A DNA stretch of 64,000 bases from Vicinamibacterales bacterium (GCA_035547155.1 DASZVJ010000116.1:3607-67606), one strand, 5' to 3'. Positions 45,295 to 56,694 are shown, counted from the first letter of the stretch. Numbers and translations: made by a program. Notes: generated from the sequence alone by a model not told the origin.

Positions 45295-46842
45295 TTACGT
45301 CGTTCGTCCGCCGTTTCCCAAATGCTTCACGAGTGCCTGCACGAGACCGTCGACGGTGTACGACTCGGGGATGATCGGCGCGCGGACGCCGAGCTCGGCC
45401 GCGGCGGCCGCGGTGACTGGCCCGATCGCGGCGACCGCGACGGTGTTGAGCAGGTCCGCGGCTTGTTCTTCGCCGATCAGGATCGCGAAGCGGCGAAGCG
45501 CGGTTGGACTCGTGAACGTCACCGCGTCGATTTGACCGTCGAGCAGCTTGCGGTAGAGATCCTGCGCGCCCGGTGCGTCCGGTGTCGCCGGCGCGGTGCG
45601 ATACGCGATCAGATCCGTCACCGAGGCACCGCGGCGCGCGAGATCCTCGCCCGCAACGCTGCGCAAGTGATCCGGGCGCACGATCAGCACGCGCTCGCCT
45701 GACACCGGCGCCACCGCGACGATGGCGTCGCCGATGCTCTCGACGCCGCTCTCGGGCACGACGACGTCCGCGCGAATGCCGGCCGCGGCCAGGCGGTCGC
45801 CGGTCGACGGTCCGATCGCGCACAAATGCACGTGGCCGAGCGCGCGCAGATCGCGAGGCCCACGCGTCAGCGCCGCGAGAAAGCGCGTCACCGCGCTGGC
45901 TGACTCGAACACGACCCACTGGTAGTCGTCGACCGACGCAGCCGCGCGATCCATTGCTTCGGGATCGTCCGGCGCGGCGACGCGGAACGTCGGCGCGAGC
46001 AGCGCCTGCGCGCCGAGCGTTTCGAGCTTCTCGGCCAGCTCGCGCGCCTGCTCCGGCGATCGCGTGACGACGATGCGCTTGCCGAAGAGCGGGCGTTCGT
46101 CGAACCACCGTAGGTGATCGCGCAGGCCCGCCACTTCGCCCGCGATCAGCAGCGCCGGCTCCGGCGCTGGCTCGATCGTCGTCGCCTCGAACAGCTCGGC
46201 GAGCGTGCCGGTGACCGTCCGTTGCTGCGGCAGTGTGCCGTGATAGACGAGCGCGACGGCCGTGTCTGGCGAGACGCCGTGGTCGAGCAACTGCTGCAGC
46301 ACTTGCGGCACCAGGCGGCCACCCGCGAAGCACGCGAACGTGCCGTCGATCCGCGCGATCGCGTCCCAGTCGACGTCGGGCAGCCGGCTCGCTTCGTCCT
46401 CCTGCCCGCGCACGAGCACGAGCGCGTCGCCCGCGTCGGGATAGGTCATCGGAATGCCGGCGTACGCGCTGCCGCCGATGGCAGCCGGCACGCCGGGCAC
46501 GATCTCGAACGGCACGCCCTGCTCGTGCAGGAACAGCGCCTCTTTCGCGCCGCTGTCAAAGACGAACGGATCGCCCCACTTGAGCCGCGCGACCGTGTGG
46601 CCGTCGCGCGCCTTCTCCGCGATGAGCATCGAGATCGCGTCCTGCGCCGTGTCGCGCTCGGCCGGCGCGCCTGCAGCGATGCGCTCCGCGTCGGGCCGCG
46701 CCCATCGCAGCACGGGCTCGACGACGCGGTCGAAGACGACGACGTCGGCCTCGGCGAGCAGCCGCACGCCGCGAGCCGTGATCAAGCCGGGATCGCCTGG
46801 ACCGGCACCGATGATGAAGACACGTCCGCGCGGTTGGGTCAT
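45295..46842 (-). CDS. cobA: uroporphyrinogen-III C-methyltransferase fused to uroporphyrinogen-III synthase
   Basis: 515 aa. The N-terminal part VFIIGAGPGDPGLITARGVRLLAEADVVVFD is the TP_methylase domain. The C-terminal ~250 aa are HemD-like (two-lobed, ...AIGPSTG..., ...AAIGPVTA...). Confidence 0.85.
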   Translation of the reverse strand: MTQPRGRVFIIGAGPGDPGLITARGVRLLAEADVVVFDRVVEPVLRWARPDAERIAAGAPAERDTAQDAISMLIAEKARDGHTVARLKWGDPFVFDSGAKEALFLHEQGVPFEIVPGVPAAIGGSAYAGIPMTYPDAGDALVLVRGQEDEASRLPDVDWDAIARIDGTFACFAGGRLVPQVLQQLLDHGVSPDTAVALVYHGTLPQQRTVTGTLAELFEATTIEPAPEPALLIAGEVAGLRDHLRWFDERPLFGKRIVVTRSPEQARELAEKLETLGAQALLAPTFRVAAPDDPEAMDRAAASVDDYQWVVFESASAVTRFLAALTRGPRDLRALGHVHLCAIGPSTGDRLAAAGIRADVVVPESGVESIGDAIVAVAPVSGERVLIVRPDHLRSVAGEDLARRGASVTDLIAYRTAPATPDAPGAQDLYRKLLDGQIDAVTFTSPTALRRFAILIGEEQAADLLNTVAVAAIGPVTAAAAAELGVRAPIIPESYTVDGLVQALVKHLGNGGRTT

Positions 46843-47759
46843 CGTTCTGTCGCCGATCCGGGTCCGTAGTAGCCGAGCTTCGTCCGCGCCGACACGCCAC
46901 TCTGTGCGACGCGCACGGCGATCTGCCGCCAGGCACCGTCGCGCCGCGTGTTCGCCGACACGTAGCCCACGGTGTACTGGCTGGCGAGCTCGTCTGCGAT
47001 CTGCGTGTAGATCGCGGGGAGCTGCGCCGGATCGTCGACAAAGAATACCCGGCCGCCGGTCGTTTGCGACAGGTTGCGGAGCACGTAGTCCGATTGCGTG
47101 CCTCGGGGCGGCTCGTCTTTCTTGCGCCGCTCGCGCAGGCCGACGGCATAGATCGCGACCGTCGATCGCTTCGCGAGGTCGAGGACGTCTTCGTCGCTCA
47201 GCACGCTCGCGTTGTCCTCGCCATCCGACAGCACCACGAGGCCCTGACGGCGAATCGCGTCGGCCGACGCCGCCTTGATGCGCGTGAGCTCGTTCAGCGC
47301 GACGTAGACGGCCGTGTAGAGCGACGTCGCGCCGCTGGCGCGCACCTGACGGATCGCGCCTTCGAGCGCCGGCAGATCGTGCGTGAACGGCTGCAGGATC
47401 TGCGTGTCGTTGTTGAACGCGATCACCTGCGCCACGTCGTTCGGGCCGAGCCGCTGGCAGAAGCCGATCGCCGCCTGCGTCGCGACCGCGAGCTTCGACT
47501 CCATGCTCGTGCTCGAGTCGATCAGCAATGACAGGGCGATCGGTTGTGGATCCTTGGAGAACGCGACAATGGTCTGCGGGACGCCGTCCTCGAGCACGCG
47601 GAAGTCCGACTGCTGCAGATTGGCGGCGGGATGACCTGCGGCGTCGATCGCCGTGACGCTGAGGAGCACCATGTCGGTGCTCGTGCGGAAGACCTGACGC
47701 GCGCCGGCTGCGGCGCCGAGCGTGACGGCGATCGCGAGCGCGGCGAGCGGGACGCGCAT
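46839..47759 (-). CDS. secreted VWA domain protein (acidobacterial VWFA-related type)
   Basis: I start it at MRVPLAALAIAVTLGAAAG, inside track ORF 46839..48047. It has a MIDAS-like LLIDSSTSM and the module FRVLEDGVPQTIVAF. Its stop overlaps the cobA start as ATGA. Confidence 0.75.
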   Translation of the reverse strand: MRVPLAALAIAVTLGAAAGARQVFRTSTDMVLLSVTAIDAAGHPAANLQQSDFRVLEDGVPQTIVAFSKDPQPIALSLLIDSSTSMESKLAVATQAAIGFCQRLGPNDVAQVIAFNNDTQILQPFTHDLPALEGAIRQVRASGATSLYTAVYVALNELTRIKAASADAIRRQGLVVLSDGEDNASVLSDEDVLDLAKRSTVAIYAVGLRERRKKDEPPRGTQSDYVLRNLSQTTGGRVFFVDDPAQLPAIYTQIADELASQYTVGYVSANTRRDGAWRQIAVRVAQSGVSARTKLGYYGPGSATER

Positions 47760-48682
47760 CACTGCGGCGCCCAGCGTCGGACCGCGACCGTCGCCGGCTG
47801 ATCGCGGACGTCGACCGCGAGACGCGTCGGCGGAATCAGGCGATCGGGACGGCCGTACGTGACGTCGTACCGCGACGCGAGCGCCGTCGCGAGCGTGGGC
47901 AGCGCCGAGGCCACACCCTGTGCGCCGAGCACCATCAGGTTGATGCCGCCGCTGTCGCGCGTCGTATCGCCGAGGACCATCGCCCGCTCGCGTCCTTCCG
48001 TCGACTGGCCGCCGCCCCCACGTGGGCTCTGCATGACGGCCGCCCACAGTGTCGCGCCGGACGCGCGAAGCGCTTCTTCGACGCCGCGGCGCGAGTCCTC
48101 GCTGAACTCGGGGCTCGCCTCGTTGACGAGCGCGACGATCGCCGCGTCAGCGATGCGCTTGGTGCGGAGCATGTGCCCGGTTTCGACGATGGCCTCGAGG
48201 AACCGAGAGCCCGCGCCGGACTGCGCGAAGATGCGATCGGCCGCCTTCTGGAGCTGCGATGCCGACGTCGTGAAGTCGGACCGGAGCGTCGGCCGGTCGC
48301 CGAACGTCATCAGCCGGATCTGCGGCGCCGGCGTGCCCGACGACAGTTGCGTGATGAATCCCTTCAGGCCGTCGCGCAAGTAGGGAATCGCCTCGGACAT
48401 CGACTGCGAGTCGTCCACGAGCAGGACGATGTGCGCGGGCGCGGGGGCGGGCGCGACGCCGATGACCTCTCGTGCGACGTCGTCTTCCCGCACCGTGAAG
48501 TCGGGCGCTGTCAGGCCCGTGACCGGCGCGTTGTTCTTGTCGAGCACGGAGACGAGCGCGTGCTGCTGGCGATTCGCCGAGGCCTGCTCACGCGCGAGCG
48601 CACGAGGCCCGGCCAGGAGCAGGGCGAGACCGAGACACGGCACGGCCAGCACCGACGGCCGCCATCGTCGTTCCAGGCGCAT
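47759..48682 (-). CDS. secreted VWA domain protein, paralog of the downstream gene
   Basis: I start it at MRLERRWRPSVLAVPCLGLALLLAG, inside track ORF 47759..48871. It has FTVREDDVAREVIGV and LLVDDSQSM. There is a 1-nt stop/start overlap with the next VWA gene. Confidence 0.7.
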   Translation of the reverse strand: MRLERRWRPSVLAVPCLGLALLLAGPRALAREQASANRQQHALVSVLDKNNAPVTGLTAPDFTVREDDVAREVIGVAPAPAPAHIVLLVDDSQSMSEAIPYLRDGLKGFITQLSSGTPAPQIRLMTFGDRPTLRSDFTTSASQLQKAADRIFAQSGAGSRFLEAIVETGHMLRTKRIADAAIVALVNEASPEFSEDSRRGVEEALRASGATLWAAVMQSPRGGGGQSTEGRERAMVLGDTTRDSGGINLMVLGAQGVASALPTLATALASRYDVTYGRPDRLIPPTRLAVDVRDQPATVAVRRWAPQ

Positions 48683-48776
48683 AAAATGTCCCCCACTCGC
48701 AGTATAGCGGCTCGTGCCGGCTGCAAGTGGGCCTGTGGTATACCTATATGGCTCCGCTGGCTGCCGGAGGCCCGCC

Positions 48777-49019
48777 ATGGCGCGCGATCGCCGCACGTTC
48801 CTCGAGCGCTCGTTGCGCGCGTTCAACGCGGACATGGTCCAGGCGGGACCGGCGGCAATGGCGGGGTACACCCTGATCGGCGCGATTCTGGTGCTTGGCG
48901 CGGCCGGCTACGGTCTCGATGCCTGGCTGGGAAGCCGGCCCTGGGGCCTGATTGGCGGACTGGCGCTCGGCATCGTGGTGGGATTTTACGAGCTCGTGAA
49001 GGCGACGTGGCGACGATGA
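48777..49019 (+). CDS. AtpZ/ATPase_gene1-type small membrane protein
   Basis: 80 aa. GYTLIGAILVLGAAGYGLDAWLGSRPWGLIGGLALGIVVGFYELVK matches the AtpZ pattern. It starts at ATG 48777 within ORF 48714..49019. Confidence 0.7.
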   Translation: MARDRRTFLERSLRAFNADMVQAGPAAMAGYTLIGAILVLGAAGYGLDAWLGSRPWGLIGGLALGIVVGFYELVKATWRR

Positions 49020-49390
49020 AGGCAAGTGTCTGGATGACGGCGGCGGCGATCGGCGCGTGGCTCGCGATCGGGCTCGTGGCCGGCGTCGATCTGTTCGACG
49101 ACATCGGCCTCGGCATCGCCGGTCCGCTCGTGGCGGCCGTCGCCACGCGGCTCGTCGTCGAGCACACGGCCGCGACCAATCGCGCGTTGCTGCATCAGCG
49201 GCTGTTGCAGGGATTCGCCGTGAAAGCGGTGTTCTTCGCGGTCTACGTCGTCGTGATGCTGCGCGGTCTGCACCTGCAGCCGCTGCCGTTCGTCGTCAGC
49301 TTCACGTCGGCCTTTATCGTGCTGCACGTGACGGAAGCCATTCTCCTGCAGCGGTTGACGGTGCGTCACACGCCGTCGATAGCCTCTTAG
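49016..49390 (+). CDS. ATP synthase protein I-like membrane protein
   Basis: 124 aa with four hydrophobic helices. ATG 49016 overlaps the atpZ stop as ATGA. It lies directly upstream of atpB. The family call rests on position and topology. Confidence 0.55.
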   Translation: MKASVWMTAAAIGAWLAIGLVAGVDLFDDIGLGIAGPLVAAVATRLVVEHTAATNRALLHQRLLQGFAVKAVFFAVYVVVMLRGLHLQPLPFVVSFTSAFIVLHVTEAILLQRLTVRHTPSIAS

Positions 49391-49396
49391 CCGTTC

Positions 49397-50347
49397 ATGA
49401 CCCCCCTCGTTTTCTTCGCACAGGAACACGTCGTTCCGACCGCTAGCGGCGCGGCTGCCGAGCCGTTCAGCCCGGGCGAGCTGATCATCGGGCACGTCTC
49501 GAACAGCGCGCTCTCGCATCCGTTGATTCATCTGCCGACGATCTTCGGGATCGACTTCTCGGTCACCAAGCACGTGCTGATGATCTGGATCGTCGCCGCG
49601 CTGCTCTTCGGCGCGATCACGACGATCGTGCGGCGCTACGTGCGGCAGCCGGTGCCGGTGCCCGCGGGACCGATGGCGGCGCTCGAGATCACGGTCGAGT
49701 TCGTGCGCGATCAGATCGTGCGGCCGGCCGTCGGCACGAAGTGGACCGCGGCGTGGACGCCGCTGCTGCTGACGTTCTTCCTGTTCATCCTCGGCGCCAA
49801 CGCCATCGGGCTGATCCCGATCTTCGACGTCGTCGGTCTGCTGAACCACTACGTGCTGCACACGAGCGACGAGGCGTTTCTCGCGCGTGTCGTGCACGGC
49901 GGCACGACGGCGACCGGCAACTTCAACGTCACGGCGGCGCTCGCGGTCATCACGTTCGGTGCGATCATCGTCGCCGGCACGCGCGCGCATGGCTTCGTGC
50001 AACATTGGAAGAATCTGGTGCCGCACGGCCTGCCGGGCCCGCTCTACGTCCTGCTGATTCCGCTGGAGCTCATCGGGATGCTCGTGCGGCCGTTCGCGTT
50101 GACGATGCGACTGGCGGCGAACATGACGGGCGGCCACATCGCGATCCTCGCGATTCTGTCGCTGGTGTTCGTCTTCGCGCAGATGATGCAGACGTCGCTC
50201 GCCGGCGTCGGCGTCGGCGTGGTGTTCTCGCTGCCGCTCGCCGTCGCGATCTCGATGCTCGAGATCATCGTCGTGCTCGTGCAGGCGTACGTATTCACGT
50301 TGTTGTCGGCCGTGTTCATCGGCATGGCCATTCACGCGCACCACTGA
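49397..50347 (+). CDS. atpB: F0F1 ATP synthase subunit a
   Basis: 316 aa. It has LTMRLAANMTGGHIAIL (essential Arg) and ...LVQAYVFTLLSAVFIGMA. Confidence 0.9.
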   Translation: MTPLVFFAQEHVVPTASGAAAEPFSPGELIIGHVSNSALSHPLIHLPTIFGIDFSVTKHVLMIWIVAALLFGAITTIVRRYVRQPVPVPAGPMAALEITVEFVRDQIVRPAVGTKWTAAWTPLLLTFFLFILGANAIGLIPIFDVVGLLNHYVLHTSDEAFLARVVHGGTTATGNFNVTAALAVITFGAIIVAGTRAHGFVQHWKNLVPHGLPGPLYVLLIPLELIGMLVRPFALTMRLAANMTGGHIAILAILSLVFVFAQMMQTSLAGVGVGVVFSLPLAVAISMLEIIVVLVQAYVFTLLSAVFIGMAIHAHH

Positions 50348-50374
50348 GGGCGCAATCGAAGGAGTAGGGCGGAC

Positions 50375-50620
50375 ATGGGTGAAGCACAGGCGGCCACGGC
50401 AGTGTGGCACTACGCGGGAGCTGCGATTGGATTGGGACTCGTGGCGATTGGCGCTGGTCTCGGCATCGGCCGTCTGACGGCGAGCATCGCCGAGGGTGTC
50501 GCGCGTCAGCCGAGCGCGGCCTCGCAGATCTCCGCCGCGACGAACCTGCCGCTCTTCCTGCTGGAAGGCGTCGCGATTCTCGCCGAGGTCTTCTGTCTGT
50601 TGATCATCGTGCTGAAGTAG
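50375..50620 (+). CDS. atpE: F0F1 ATP synthase subunit c
   Basis: 81 aa forming a hairpin of two TM helices. The loop is GVARQP and the carboxylate is in LFLLEGVAI. There is no Na+-type Q...ES/T signature. Confidence 0.9.
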   Translation: MGEAQAATAVWHYAGAAIGLGLVAIGAGLGIGRLTASIAEGVARQPSAASQISAATNLPLFLLEGVAILAEVFCLLIIVLK

Positions 50621-50654
50621 GCGCGATCGCCAGACGTGTGAGGAGACCGCGCTC

Positions 50655-51158
50655 GTGAACAATCCGCTGGTACAGCCGGATCCCGGCCTGTTCATCTGGA
50701 CGATCGTCACGTTCCTTGTCCTGCTGGCCCTGCTGGCGAAGTTCGCCTGGCGGCCGCTGCTCGACGCGCTCGAGCGCCGGCAGCAGGCGATCGCCAAGGC
50801 GATCAGCGACGCGGATCGCGCGCGGACCGAGCTCGAGCTCGCGCATCAGGAGTCCGCGAAGGTGATCGCCAAGGCGCGCGTCGAGGCCGAAGGCGTGATC
50901 GCCAACGCCCGCGCCGCGGCCGAGCGCCTCGGCGAAGACCTGCGCCGCAAAGCGCAGGATGAGGCGGCGGGCATCGTGCGGCGCGCCGAGCGCGACATCC
51001 AGATCGAGACGGCGCGCGCGATCGAGCAGGTCCGCCGCGAGGCGGTCGACCTCTCGGTCGCCATCGCGTCGAAGCTCGTCCGCCGCACCATCACCAAAGA
51101 CGATCACCTCGCGCTCATCCAGGACGCGATCCAGCAGATCGACAGCACGCGCCACTGA
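50655..51158 (+). CDS. atpF: F0F1 ATP synthase subunit b
   Basis: 167 aa with a GTG start. It has an N-terminal TM helix (LFIWTIVTFLVLLALLAKFAW) and a long charged helix. Confidence 0.85.
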   Translation: MNNPLVQPDPGLFIWTIVTFLVLLALLAKFAWRPLLDALERRQQAIAKAISDADRARTELELAHQESAKVIAKARVEAEGVIANARAAAERLGEDLRRKAQDEAAGIVRRAERDIQIETARAIEQVRREAVDLSVAIASKLVRRTITKDDHLALIQDAIQQIDSTRH

Positions 51159-51204
51159 CGTGCCCAGCGCTGCCCCCGCCGGTCCGAGGCAGGACGGATG
51201 GTCC

Positions 51205-52122
51205 ATGGACCTCCTGCTTGCCTCGCTGGTGCTCATCTGGGGCGTCAACTACAGCCTGTTGAAGCGCGTCTTCGCGCAGATGGACCCCATGGCGTTCAAC
51301 GCCATGCGCTTCGGGCTCGCATCGGTCGCGCTCGTCAGCGGCATCGCGGCGGCCAGACGCGCCGTCCGCCGTGGCCGCCACGTGCCCGCGGTGTTCTACA
51401 CGCCTGCGCCGGTGACGGCCCGCGACCGCGTCGATCTCCTGGCGTTGGGCTTCGTGGGCCAGTGCGCCTATCAGTGGGGATTCTCGAGCGGCCTCGCGCG
51501 GACCAGCGTGTCCAACAGCGTGCTCATCATGGCGACGACGCCCGTGATCGTGTCGACCGCGTCGGCGATGATGGGACACGAACGGCTGCGTCCGCTGCAT
51601 TGGTGCGGGATCGCGACGTCACTCGCCGGCATTGCGATCGTCGTCGGCGGATCGCTCGGCGGCGGGACGACGACCGGTGATCTGCTGATGGGTGCCGCGG
51701 CCGTGTGCTGGGCGCTGTTCACGATCGGCGGCACGCGGCTCATGGCGCGCCACTCCGCGCTCTACGTGTCCGGCGTGACGACCGCCATCGGCACCGCGAT
51801 CTATGTCGCCGCGGCGCTGCCGACGCTGATGGGCGCGGACTGGTCGATCGTCGACGCGGGCATCTGGGGCGCCGCAGCGTATTCGGGGCTGCTCAGCATC
51901 GGCGCCGCGTATCTCGTCTGGTACGCGGCGATTCGGCACATCGGACCCGCACGGACGTCGATCTACGTGAACATGGTGCCGATCGCGGCGATGACGATCG
52001 CGGCCATCTGGCTGCACGAGCCTCTGACGGCGCGCCGCATGCTCGGCGCGGTCGCCGTGATCACGGGTGTCGTGCTGACACGCCTGGCGCGTCCGTCCGT
52101 CGTGATACCGAGCGAGGAGTGA
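51205..52122 (+). CDS. EamA/DMT-family transporter
   Basis: I start it at MDLLLASLVLIWGVNYSLLK, within track ORF 50959..52122. It has ten TM segments arranged as two EamA repeats. Confidence 0.75.
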   Translation: MDLLLASLVLIWGVNYSLLKRVFAQMDPMAFNAMRFGLASVALVSGIAAARRAVRRGRHVPAVFYTPAPVTARDRVDLLALGFVGQCAYQWGFSSGLARTSVSNSVLIMATTPVIVSTASAMMGHERLRPLHWCGIATSLAGIAIVVGGSLGGGTTTGDLLMGAAAVCWALFTIGGTRLMARHSALYVSGVTTAIGTAIYVAAALPTLMGADWSIVDAGIWGAAAYSGLLSIGAAYLVWYAAIRHIGPARTSIYVNMVPIAAMTIAAIWLHEPLTARRMLGAVAVITGVVLTRLARPSVVIPSEE

Positions 52123-52126
52123 TGCG

Positions 52127-52771
52127 ATGATTTTGTTGCAGCGGCTGTTCGAGAACAATCGGGCGTGGGCGGACGGGCGCGTCAAGGAGCGCCCGGACTT
52201 CTTCGAGCGGCTCGTGTCGCAACAGAACCCCGCGTATCTGTGGGTCGGCTGTTCGGACAGCCGCGTGCCCGCCAACGAGATTGTCGGCCTGTTGCCCGGC
52301 GAGCTCTTCGTCCACCGCAACGTCGCCAACGTCGTCGTCCACACGGATCTCAATTGTCTGTCGGTGTTGCAGTACGCCGTCGACGTGCTGGGCGTGCAGC
52401 ACGTCATCGTCTGCGGGCACTACGGATGCGGCGGCGTGCGTGCGGCGCTGACGGGCGGACGGTTCGGGCTCATCGACAACTGGCTGCGGCACGTGCAGGA
52501 CGTGTACGCGCGGCATCGTGAGCTGGTCGATCGCGAGCCGACGGAGGACGCGAGGCTGGATCGATTATGTGAGCTGAACGTGCTCGCGCAGGCGCGGCAC
52601 ATCTGCGAGACGACGATCGTCGGCGACGCCTGGGCGCGCGGGCAGACGCTGGCTGTCCACGCGTGGCTCTACCGGCTGACGGACGGCCTGCTGCACGACC
52701 TGCGCTTCACTGTCGCGCGCGAGTCCGAAGTCGCGTCGGCGTACGACACGGCCGTCGCCGCGCTGCGGTGA
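52127..52771 (+). CDS. can: beta-class carbonic anhydrase
   Basis: It has YLWVGCSDSRVP, FVHRNVANVV and VIVCGHYGCGG. The zinc ligands Cys/His/Cys are present. Confidence 0.9.
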   Translation: MILLQRLFENNRAWADGRVKERPDFFERLVSQQNPAYLWVGCSDSRVPANEIVGLLPGELFVHRNVANVVVHTDLNCLSVLQYAVDVLGVQHVIVCGHYGCGGVRAALTGGRFGLIDNWLRHVQDVYARHRELVDREPTEDARLDRLCELNVLAQARHICETTIVGDAWARGQTLAVHAWLYRLTDGLLHDLRFTVARESEVASAYDTAVAALR

Positions 52772-52820
52772 CAGTAATCATGCCCGTAGTGTAGAGGCGG
52801 CCCTTGTGGCCGCGCGGCAC

Positions 52821-53954
52821 TCACCCCAACGTCTTCCAGCGCAGATGCACCAGCGCCGCGGCGGCGCCGAGTGCGGCGACGGTCACGATCGACAGCGCCA
52901 TGAACTCGCCGTACAGCCGGCGGCCCATCAGATCGAACAGCGTCAGGCCCATCAGTGCGAGCGAGAGCGCCGTCACGATCTGCCACGGCCGTGAGACGTC
53001 CGACCAGCGATCCAGCAGGCACACGACGGCCGGCGTGCCGAGGAGCAGGACATAGTCCCAGCCTTGCGGCGACAGCAGCGGGATGACGAGCATCAGCAGC
53101 GCACACTCGAGGTAGTCCGGATTGTCGACCGTGCGGCGTCGCACCCAAGTCACCGCAACGAGACCCAGCACGAGGCCGGTCGTAATTGTTGCGAGCGCGG
53201 TCGCAGGCGTGCCGAGGCCGATCCACTTCGCCCACATCGCGGCGAGCGACACGTTGTCGGCGCCGAGCAGATTCGCCGCCGTGCTGCCGGTGACCGTCCG
53301 GAGCCACTCGGCGAGCAGATGGAAGTTCCCCGACCAGCCATAGAGCGTCGCGGGAATCAGCAGGCCAGCGAGCAGCACGACGGCCGCCCACGCGAGCGCC
53401 GCGACGCCGTACGAGAACGCGATCCACGGCAGCAACAGCAGCGCGTACGGCTTGACGAACACGGCCGCGCCGATGAGCGCGCCGGTGACGCGCGGCGCGT
53501 CGATCTGCGCGGCGAGCAGGCCGCCGACGATGAGCGTGCCGAGAACGATGTTCGTCTGGCCGAGCGTGAGCTCGTGCGCGTAGAACTTGAGCATGAGCAG
53601 CGCGGTGAGCGTGAGGAGCACCGGCTCGGGGCGCCGGCGCTCCGGCAGACCGCGAACGGACCAGCGGACGAACGCCGTGAGCAGGCCCGCTGAGAGCGCG
53701 AACCACATCGCTTTCGCTGCTTCGCGATCGATGAGCGCGAACGGCGTCATCGCGAGGGCGAACGCCGGCAAGTACTTGAATTGGTAGTGGCCGTCCGACG
53801 CACGATAGAGCGGCTCGGCGTGGATGATGCGCGTCGCCGCGGTGCGGTACACCTCGAAGTCCGCCATCTCGCGCTGGATTTTTGCGCGATACAGCCCCGC
53901 CGCCAGCAGGATGAACACCGTCGGCCACACCAGTGGCCGCAAACGACTGAGCAC
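52821..53954 (-). CDS. DUF2029 / GT87-like membrane glycosyltransferase
   Basis: 377 aa. DFEVYRTAATRIIHAEPLYR...YQFKYLPAFALAMTPF is the hallmark N-terminal loop of this family. The protein is multi-TM. Confidence 0.7.
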   Translation of the reverse strand: MLSRLRPLVWPTVFILLAAGLYRAKIQREMADFEVYRTAATRIIHAEPLYRASDGHYQFKYLPAFALAMTPFALIDREAAKAMWFALSAGLLTAFVRWSVRGLPERRRPEPVLLTLTALLMLKFYAHELTLGQTNIVLGTLIVGGLLAAQIDAPRVTGALIGAAVFVKPYALLLLPWIAFSYGVAALAWAAVVLLAGLLIPATLYGWSGNFHLLAEWLRTVTGSTAANLLGADNVSLAAMWAKWIGLGTPATALATITTGLVLGLVAVTWVRRRTVDNPDYLECALLMLVIPLLSPQGWDYVLLLGTPAVVCLLDRWSDVSRPWQIVTALSLALMGLTLFDLMGRRLYGEFMALSIVTVAALGAAAALVHLRWKTLG

Positions 53955-53990
53955 GATGGGGAGATTGTGTACCAGGCTGCGGGCTTCGGG

Positions 53991-55829
<1,839 letters not shown>

Positions 55830-55848
55830 CTCATCAGTATACAGGGCT

Positions 55849-55915
55849 GGTTCCGGGTTCTGGGGTTCCGGGAGTTCTGGGTTCGGGTTCTGAGGTTCTT
55901 GGGTTCCGAGGTTCG
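55849..55915 (+). repeat. array of about 9 GGTTC-core units, copy B, in the typA/map divergent intergenic region
   Basis: The sequence is ggttccgggttctggggttccgggagttctgggttcgggttctgaggttcttgggttccgaggttcg. It has the same unit type, number and total length (~67 nt) as 2894..2961, in the same orientation. Confidence 0.85.
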
Positions 55916-55950
55916 CGTGCTGAAGGTCCTGGCGGCCGTATCATCACCCC

Positions 55951-56694
55951 ATGTCCATTGGCTCGGCGTCCGACCTCGAAGGCCTTCGTCGCACGGGCCG
56001 CGTCGTCGCGCAGACGCTGGCGGCGATGCGCGCAGCGGTGCGGATCGGGATGACGACCGCCGAGCTGGATCGCGTCGCCGCGGAGACGTTTGCGCGTGCC
56101 GGCGCACGATCGGCACCGATGGTGACGTACGGATTCCCCGGCACGACGTGTATCAGCGTCAACGACGAGATCGTCCATGGCATCCCCGGCCCGCGGCGTC
56201 TGGCGCCCGGGGACGTCGTCAAGATCGACGTCACGGCCGAGCTCGGCGGCTATGTTGCTGACGCCGCCACGACGATTCTGCTGCCGCCCGTCAGCGCGGC
56301 GGCCCGGGTGCTCCAACAGAGCGCGCGCACGGCGCTTCGAGAAGGTCTGGCGGCGGCGCGCGCGGGACAGCTCGTGTCGGCCATCGGCCGCGCCATCAGC
56401 GCGCAGGCCGCGCGTGATCGCTGCTTCGTCGTACGCGAGCTGTGCGGACATGGCGTCGGCCGGACGATTCACGAGCCGCCCGACGTGCCCAACTACGAAG
56501 ACACCGAACGTCACGAGCGCCTGACCGACGGTCTGGTCATCGCCGTCGAGCCGATGTTCGCCGCCGCCCGCTCACGCGCGCTTGCGAGCCCGGATGGATG
56601 GACGATTCGCACGAGTACCGGCGCGATCGCCGTCCACGAGGAGCACACGATCGTCGTCACCGCGGGCGCGCCGGAGATTCTCACGGCCGCGTGA
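55951..56694 (+). CDS. map: type I methionine aminopeptidase
   Basis: 247 aa. It has VNDEIVHGIP, DVVKIDV, GHGVGRTIHEPP and AVEPMF. The metal ligands are present. Confidence 0.9.
   Translation: MSIGSASDLEGLRRTGRVVAQTLAAMRAAVRIGMTTAELDRVAAETFARAGARSAPMVTYGFPGTTCISVNDEIVHGIPGPRRLAPGDVVKIDVTAELGGYVADAATTILLPPVSAAARVLQQSARTALREGLAAARAGQLVSAIGRAISAQAARDRCFVVRELCGHGVGRTIHEPPDVPNYEDTERHERLTDGLVIAVEPMFAAARSRALASPDGWTIRTSTGAIAVHEEHTIVVTAGAPEILTAA

Noticed and set aside
48777-51158. The atp cluster considered as an N-type (Na+-translocating, laterally transferred) ATPase.
   Set aside because: N-ATPase operons start with the F1 beta and epsilon genes and have a c subunit with an extra carboxylate or a Na+ signature. 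This cluster has only F0 genes, and the c subunit is a single-Glu H+ type.
52797-52813. A short hairpin (ggcggcc-cttgt-ggccgc) between the convergent carbonic anhydrase and GT87 genes, considered as a terminator.
   Set aside because: It has only a 6-bp stem and no U-tract on either strand. That is too weak to list as a feature.
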